Source of the DNA: a virus | Lineage: Duplodnaviria; Caudoviricetes | Reading direction: 5' to 3' (one strand) | Length of the DNA: 59,110 nucleotides | IMG/VR virus record: IMGVR_UViG_3300033551_000005 | Span: 1-59,110 of that record | In this document: positions 55,015 through 59,110 of the stretch, piece after piece | Position numbering within the stretch: the first letter of the stretch is position 1 | How the letters are laid out: each line of letters begins with the position of its first letter | The notes under the pieces: model-generated | Database searches by the model: none | Told to the model about the DNA's origin: nothing | What the model saw: the letters and a program-made list of their open reading frames with translations, nothing else | Position numbers and translations under genes: made by a program

Positions 55015-55154
55015 GGGGTCCTCCTGGTATCGGGGTGGGTTGCTGTGCTGACTTGCGTCACCTGCTCCGGACTTGCACCGGGGGCGCCTACGCGCTGCGG
55101 GTGGTGACCCTGACGGGGCCTGGTGGATTCCCAAAGCCAGGCCCCGCCGGGAAC

Positions 55155-55667
55155 TCAGGAGAAGGCGGCGAGGATGTCTTCGCTGCTGGCGAGGCCAGCG
55201 CGGACAGCCTGCTCCTCCTCGATGACCCCGATGATGAGGTCGGTCTCTGCGATGCGCTCCTTGCGGTCGGCCCCGACGTACAGGTTGACCAGGTTGCGGC
55301 GGTCGGCGTGCGCCGAGTCGCGCAGCGCCGAGAGGATCGCGTCCGGCAGGCCGGAGACCTGCGCGGCCACCTGGTCACGGGCGGCGAGCCGGGCACGGGC
55401 GGCCCAGGCAGCGTCCTCCTCGGCGCGCTTGGCGGCGGCAGCGGCCTCCTCCTCCTCGACGGTGGCCTGGTACATGGCGACCATCTGGCGGGCGAGACCC
55501 GGGTTCGCGGCGATGACGATGATCTTGTCGTCGTCGCCGAGCGGCATCAGGTAGTTGCGGACCTCGATGACGAACCCGCCCTGCGACAGGAACGGCGTGC
55601 CCTGGACCAGGTCGCCCTCGGCGTTGAGCGAGAACTCGATCTGCTGGCCGTTGCGCAGAACCTTCAT
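55155..55667 (-). CDS. Hypothetical protein
   Basis: GGAGGT RBS after a conserved element. Confidence 0.65.
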   Translation of the reverse strand: MKVLRNGQQIEFSLNAEGDLVQGTPFLSQGGFVIEVRNYLMPLGDDDKIIVIAANPGLARQMVAMYQATVEEEEAAAAAKRAEEDAAWAARARLAARDQVAAQVSGLPDAILSALRDSAHADRRNLVNLYVGADRKERIAETDLIIGVIEEEQAVRAGLASSEDILAAFS

Positions 55668-55689
55668 GATGACCTCCGGGTGAGTTGCT

Positions 55690-55736
55690 GTTGTGCTGAC
55701 ATACGTAACATTAGCGTCCCGGCTCGGGCCGCGCAA
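55690..55736 (-). promoter_or_regulatory. Conserved promoter/operator/leader element, copy 9
   Basis: TTGCGC-N17-TAATGT-TACGTATGTCAGCACAAC. Confidence 0.85.
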
Positions 55737-55801
55737 CCCCTGGGGATAAGAAATCCCCTGACCAGCGACATCGCCGCTGGTCAGGGGACAGAAATTGCTT
55801 C

Positions 55802-55924
55802 TCAGGAAGCGGGCGCCGGGGCCGGTGCAGGCTTCGGAGCGGGCTTCGGGGCGACCTTGGCGGCGGTCTTCGCCGCGCTGGTAGCCGCCGGGTTCTTCCG
55901 GGGGCGCTTGTTACAGGCGCACAT
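55802..55924 (-). CDS. Small basic MCACNK protein
   Basis: MCACNKRPRKNPAATSAAKTAAKVAPKPAPKPAPAPAPAS; AAGGAGG RBS; typical of the gene after the protease in these phages. Confidence 0.65.
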   Translation of the reverse strand: MCACNKRPRKNPAATSAAKTAAKVAPKPAPKPAPAPAPAS

Positions 55925-55961
55925 CGGGTGCCTCCTTCTCGTGTGACATGTCGGGTACAGC

Positions 55962-57527
55962 CTACGACGCGAGGCCCAGGCTGGAGGCGAACGCGAGCAC
56001 GCGGACGCGCTTCGCCATGGCGGCGGCCTCCGCCAGCCGCTCGTCCGACGCCGGGGCCGCCGCGCGCTCGCGCTCGCGCTCCACGTTCGCCAGCCGCTTG
56101 AGGTAGCGCAGGTCGTCGAGCGACAGCGCGCCGGGCAGCCCCGGGGCGATCACCTCGCGCGGGGCGAGCATGCCCGCCGCCACGAGCGACTGCATCGCGC
56201 CGCCCGCGACCAGCGCGCGCGTGCGGGGCACCGGGAACCCGGGCACGTTGACGCCGAGCGCCGCGACCAGTTCCATGCCCGCGCCGATGCGCCGCCAGTC
56301 GCCCGAGATGGGCGAGGCACGCAGCGCGCGCACCTGCTCCGGGGTGGCACCGGGCTTCACGATGCCCGCCACCCAGATGCCGTAGGCGTCCTCGCCCGCG
56401 CGCACGTAGGCAACGGCCGTGCCGCTGTTGTCGTAGTGGGCCAGCGCCTCGGGGCTGCGCAGGTTGGCGTCGGCGTGGCCGGTGTCGATGGTCAGGTGCC
56501 CGACCGCCACCTCCGTGCCGTCGTCGGCCTCGATCGCGCCGGTGTGGAAGAACGCGTACCCGCTCGGGGACGACGGCGGGGTGACGCACTGCCCCGGGTA
56601 GCCGATGTGGCAGGTGTCCCAGGTGGCGATGTGCCCGAACACGCGGCCGGTGTCGCTCACGGTGAGCGGCGTCGGGCCGTCGAGGTCGGGCGCGCCGAAC
56701 GCGCTGCGCGGCGGCGCGACGCGGGCCGGGGCGGCAACCGCCGACGCCGTGAGCGCGGGCAGCAGTTCGTTCGCCAGCGCGTCGCCGTCGATCAGCGTGA
56801 TCAGCGCCTCCGCGAACGCGGGCGTCGCGACGAGCGTGGCCGCGCGGATGCGGGCCGACGTCGTGACCATCATCTCGTCGTCGCTGCTCATGCTCGCGAC
56901 GGTGACGTAGCCGCGCTCGTCGACGGCGTTCCGCTCCTCGCCCTCGGGCCAGATCGGCTCGCCGGTCTCCGGGTCGTAGCCCTCGGGCTGCACGGACTCC
57001 ATCGGCTGGAGCAGTTCGGCCTTCACGCGGATCTCGAAGGAGATGTCGTCGAGGTCCATCGAGATGCCGGGCGTCAGCCCGTCCTGCACCTGGCGGTAGG
57101 CCTCGCGGCCGATGTCCGAGCCGAGGTCGAACGCGCCCGAGCCGACGATCGCGCCGTTCTCGCCGCGCGTGATGTCGGTGATCCAGCCGACCACCTGCGC
57201 GCCGAGGTGGCCGCCGTTGTTCTCGGGCGCCCACAGCAGCGGCACCGGCAGAGTCCACGACAGGGCGTTCGCCTCGATGAGCCGCCCGTCGCCGGTGGCC
57301 CGGTTCTCGAAGCCGATCGGGCCGGACCACTGCGCGGCCGGGCCGCCCGCCGCGATGAGCGCGTTGACGCGGTCGATGACGGCGGAGTCGTAGGCGTGCA
57401 CGGTGGCGGCAGCCGTGCACGGAGCGCAGTCGGCGTCGGTGGACGCTGCGCGGGCGGCGGCCTCGTCGACCGCGAGCAGGTCGTACTCACCCAGGCGGGC
57501 GAGTGGGATGGGGGTGAAGCGCGTCAC
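55962..57527 (-). CDS. Capsid maturation protease
   Basis: TGDGRLI...GGHLGAQVVG...GISMDLDD...ATLVATPAF...GRVFGHIA.W..CH...SGDWR...VNVPGFP. Confidence 0.85.
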   Translation of the reverse strand: MTRFTPIPLARLGEYDLLAVDEAAARAASTDADCAPCTAAATVHAYDSAVIDRVNALIAAGGPAAQWSGPIGFENRATGDGRLIEANALSWTLPVPLLWAPENNGGHLGAQVVGWITDITRGENGAIVGSGAFDLGSDIGREAYRQVQDGLTPGISMDLDDISFEIRVKAELLQPMESVQPEGYDPETGEPIWPEGEERNAVDERGYVTVASMSSDDEMMVTTSARIRAATLVATPAFAEALITLIDGDALANELLPALTASAVAAPARVAPPRSAFGAPDLDGPTPLTVSDTGRVFGHIATWDTCHIGYPGQCVTPPSSPSGYAFFHTGAIEADDGTEVAVGHLTIDTGHADANLRSPEALAHYDNSGTAVAYVRAGEDAYGIWVAGIVKPGATPEQVRALRASPISGDWRRIGAGMELVAALGVNVPGFPVPRTRALVAGGAMQSLVAAGMLAPREVIAPGLPGALSLDDLRYLKRLANVERERERAAAPASDERLAEAAAMAKRVRVLAFASSLGLAS

Positions 57528-57550
57528 GGGGAACCTCCGTAGGTCCCGTG

Positions 57551-57591
57551 CGGCCCTCGCGCCAGCCACGTACGTATCTGCCGCCAGGGTA
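57551..57591 (-). promoter_or_regulatory. Late leader motif, copy 1 (protease)
   Basis: TACCCT-N5-CAGATACGTACGTGGCTGGCGCGAGGGCCG. Confidence 0.75.
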
Positions 57592-57609
57592 GCCGATCTG
57601 CCCTCTGAC

Positions 57610-57665
57610 CTTCTTTCATCATCACCCCTCTCCCTTAAGGGAGGGGGTGATGATGAAAGAAGAAC
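57610..57665. repeat. Dispersed long hairpin family, copy E
   Basis: CTTCTTTCATCATCACCCCTCTCCC-TTAA-GGGAGGGGGTGATGATGAAAGAAGAAC. Confidence 0.85.
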
Positions 57666-57667
57666 GA

Positions 57668-58645
57668 TCAGAGGATGGACGCGCCCACCATGGTGCAGCG
57701 GCAGTTGACGGTCTCGCTCGGGATGCCCGCCGGGTCGCCCGGCATCATGAGCGGGGTGACCCCCACGACGAACGGCTGCGTGATCGGCACGGCCTGCCGG
57801 TCCGCCTCGCGGTGGCTCGGCCGGGTGCGGGCGTCCTCGGTGGCGATCCAGACCTTGGTCGCCTCGCCCTCGTCCGCGAGCGCCGCGAGCCCGGCCGCGT
57901 TGTACGCGCCGGTGCTCTCCGTGCGGGCGATGCGCTGCGCGCGCACCTGCCAGTAGGACTCCTCGGCGTCGAGCGCGAGCCGCGCCCGGTTGCGCTGCGC
58001 TTGCAACTGCCCGACGACGGGGTCGCTCTCGCGGGCCGCCTCGCGCGCGGGGGTTCCGGGCGGGCCGAGCGGGTCGAGGATCGCCTCGATGTCCGTCGTC
58101 AGGCGCTCGTACTCGCTGCGCCAGTACGCGCCGTCGGTCTCCCAGGACAGATCGGCTGCAATCCGCCCAGACAGTTCGTTGTTGGACCAGCCGAACGACG
58201 CCGCCAGCGTGACCGCCACGCGCACGAGGTCGAACGCGGCGTCGGGCAGGGGCGGCGTCAGCCCCTCGACGAGCCGGTCCGAGACGTGGGCCAGGTACTC
58301 GTCCAGGTTGTCCAGGCTGGAGACCGTCTCCTCGCCGTCCGACGTCGCCCCGTACCCGGCTCGCCACGCCGCGCGCACGGCGGCAATCACCGTGTCGCTG
58401 ACGAACTCGGCCCACCACGACGACAGCGTGCCCACCGTGAGCGGCCAGACGCGGGTCGCCCCCGGGCTGAGCGCGGCCACGAGCGCCTGCGGGTTGGGCG
58501 CCTGCCGCAGCCCGTAGTCGGCGGCGTCGTTGACGGCCGCCAGGAAGCCGCGCACGGCCCGGTCGACAGCCGGGGCCACGATGTCCTCCTCGACGCGCTC
58601 CAGGTCCGCCAGCATCCCCGCCTGGGTGCGCTGACGGAGCGTCAC
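57668..58645 (-). CDS. MuF-like minor capsid protein
   Basis: RAQRIARTE...KVWIATEDARTRPSH...PGDP....ETVNCRC. Confidence 0.9.
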   Translation of the reverse strand: MTLRQRTQAGMLADLERVEEDIVAPAVDRAVRGFLAAVNDAADYGLRQAPNPQALVAALSPGATRVWPLTVGTLSSWWAEFVSDTVIAAVRAAWRAGYGATSDGEETVSSLDNLDEYLAHVSDRLVEGLTPPLPDAAFDLVRVAVTLAASFGWSNNELSGRIAADLSWETDGAYWRSEYERLTTDIEAILDPLGPPGTPAREAARESDPVVGQLQAQRNRARLALDAEESYWQVRAQRIARTESTGAYNAAGLAALADEGEATKVWIATEDARTRPSHREADRQAVPITQPFVVGVTPLMMPGDPAGIPSETVNCRCTMVGASIL

Positions 58646-59097
58646 GAGCGCACCTCCGGCAGAGGAACGCCGAGCCGGGCCGCGAGCCAGTACCGCAGCG
58701 ACACGGCGTCGTGCTCCAGCCCCCGCTCCAGCAGCAGGCGGACGTACTCGTTGAGCGAGGCGCTGACGTCCTCGGCCGCGATACCGAGGGCGTCGGACCG
58801 GCGCGACGCGAGCAGCGCGGGAAGCACGTCCCACGCCGTTTCGAGCGTGCGGGCTACGTCCTTGGGGTCGGGCCGCCACTGCGTGTGCGCGACGTGCCAC
58901 GGCCGCCCGTCGAACTCCTTGAAGCGTGACCGAGGCTGCCGGACGATCTTGCGCCCGAGCGCGTCGAGCGCCTTGATGACGAGCACGTCGCACACGTCGA
59001 GCAGCGCCGAGCGCTCCGCCGTCGCGGGCAGCGACCAGGCGCCGCACGCGGGGCACGGCGCGACGGGTGCCGTGCCGGTGGGGATGGTGGTGGTCAC
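58642..59097 (-). CDS. Hypothetical protein downstream of portal
   Basis: GTG start overlapping the portal TGA; CAGGAGG RBS at 59104-59110. Confidence 0.7.
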   Translation of the reverse strand: MTTTIPTGTAPVAPCPACGAWSLPATAERSALLDVCDVLVIKALDALGRKIVRQPRSRFKEFDGRPWHVAHTQWRPDPKDVARTLETAWDVLPALLASRRSDALGIAAEDVSASLNEYVRLLLERGLEHDAVSLRYWLAARLGVPLPEVRS

Positions 59098-59110
59098 GCG
59101 GGGCCTCCTG

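Noticed and set aside
3132-55736. Repeated GTTGTGCTGACATACGTAACATTAGC as a CRISPR or mini-array repeat
   Set aside because: Copies are kilobases apart, on both strands, each with -10 geometry and a downstream RBS; there is no repeat-spacer periodicity.

Overview
High-GC actinobacteriophage (siphovirus-type). It appears to be a complete, circularly permuted genome of about 59.1 kb, because the portal ORF reads across the end-to-start junction. No integrase, immunity repressor, ParA or lysin B was recognised, so it is probably lytic and infects a non-mycolate actinobacterium. Virion genes lie on the minus strand (terminase, portal, MuF, protease, capsid hexamer/pentamer pair, neck, tail, tape measure, minor tails). 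Replication genes include a prim-pol/helicase, SNF2 helicase, family A polymerase, Cas4-like exonuclease, AAA ATPase, DUF669 and VRR-Nuc. There are two tRNAs (Asn, Cys) and an isolated amidase-holin lysis pair. Highlights: (1) a terminase-linked operon of ParB-like, TET/JBP dioxygenase, TET-associated glycosyltransferase and UDP-galactopyranose mutase genes (plus GT2, methyltransferase and sulfotransferase-like genes), suggesting a galactofuranosylated DNA base; (2) about 12 near-identical promoter/operator/leader elements heading small-gene cassettes, with a tandem-RHH candidate regulator and a structured RNA region antisense to the shared leader; (3) five covarying ~60-bp hairpins; (4) a conserved leader with RBS-occluding hairpins on three major virion genes; (5) a phage BldC missing from the ORF track; (6) an apparently inactive paralogue of the prohead protease domain; (7) apparent AGCT avoidance. 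All family assignments come from motif recognition by eye, not database searches.
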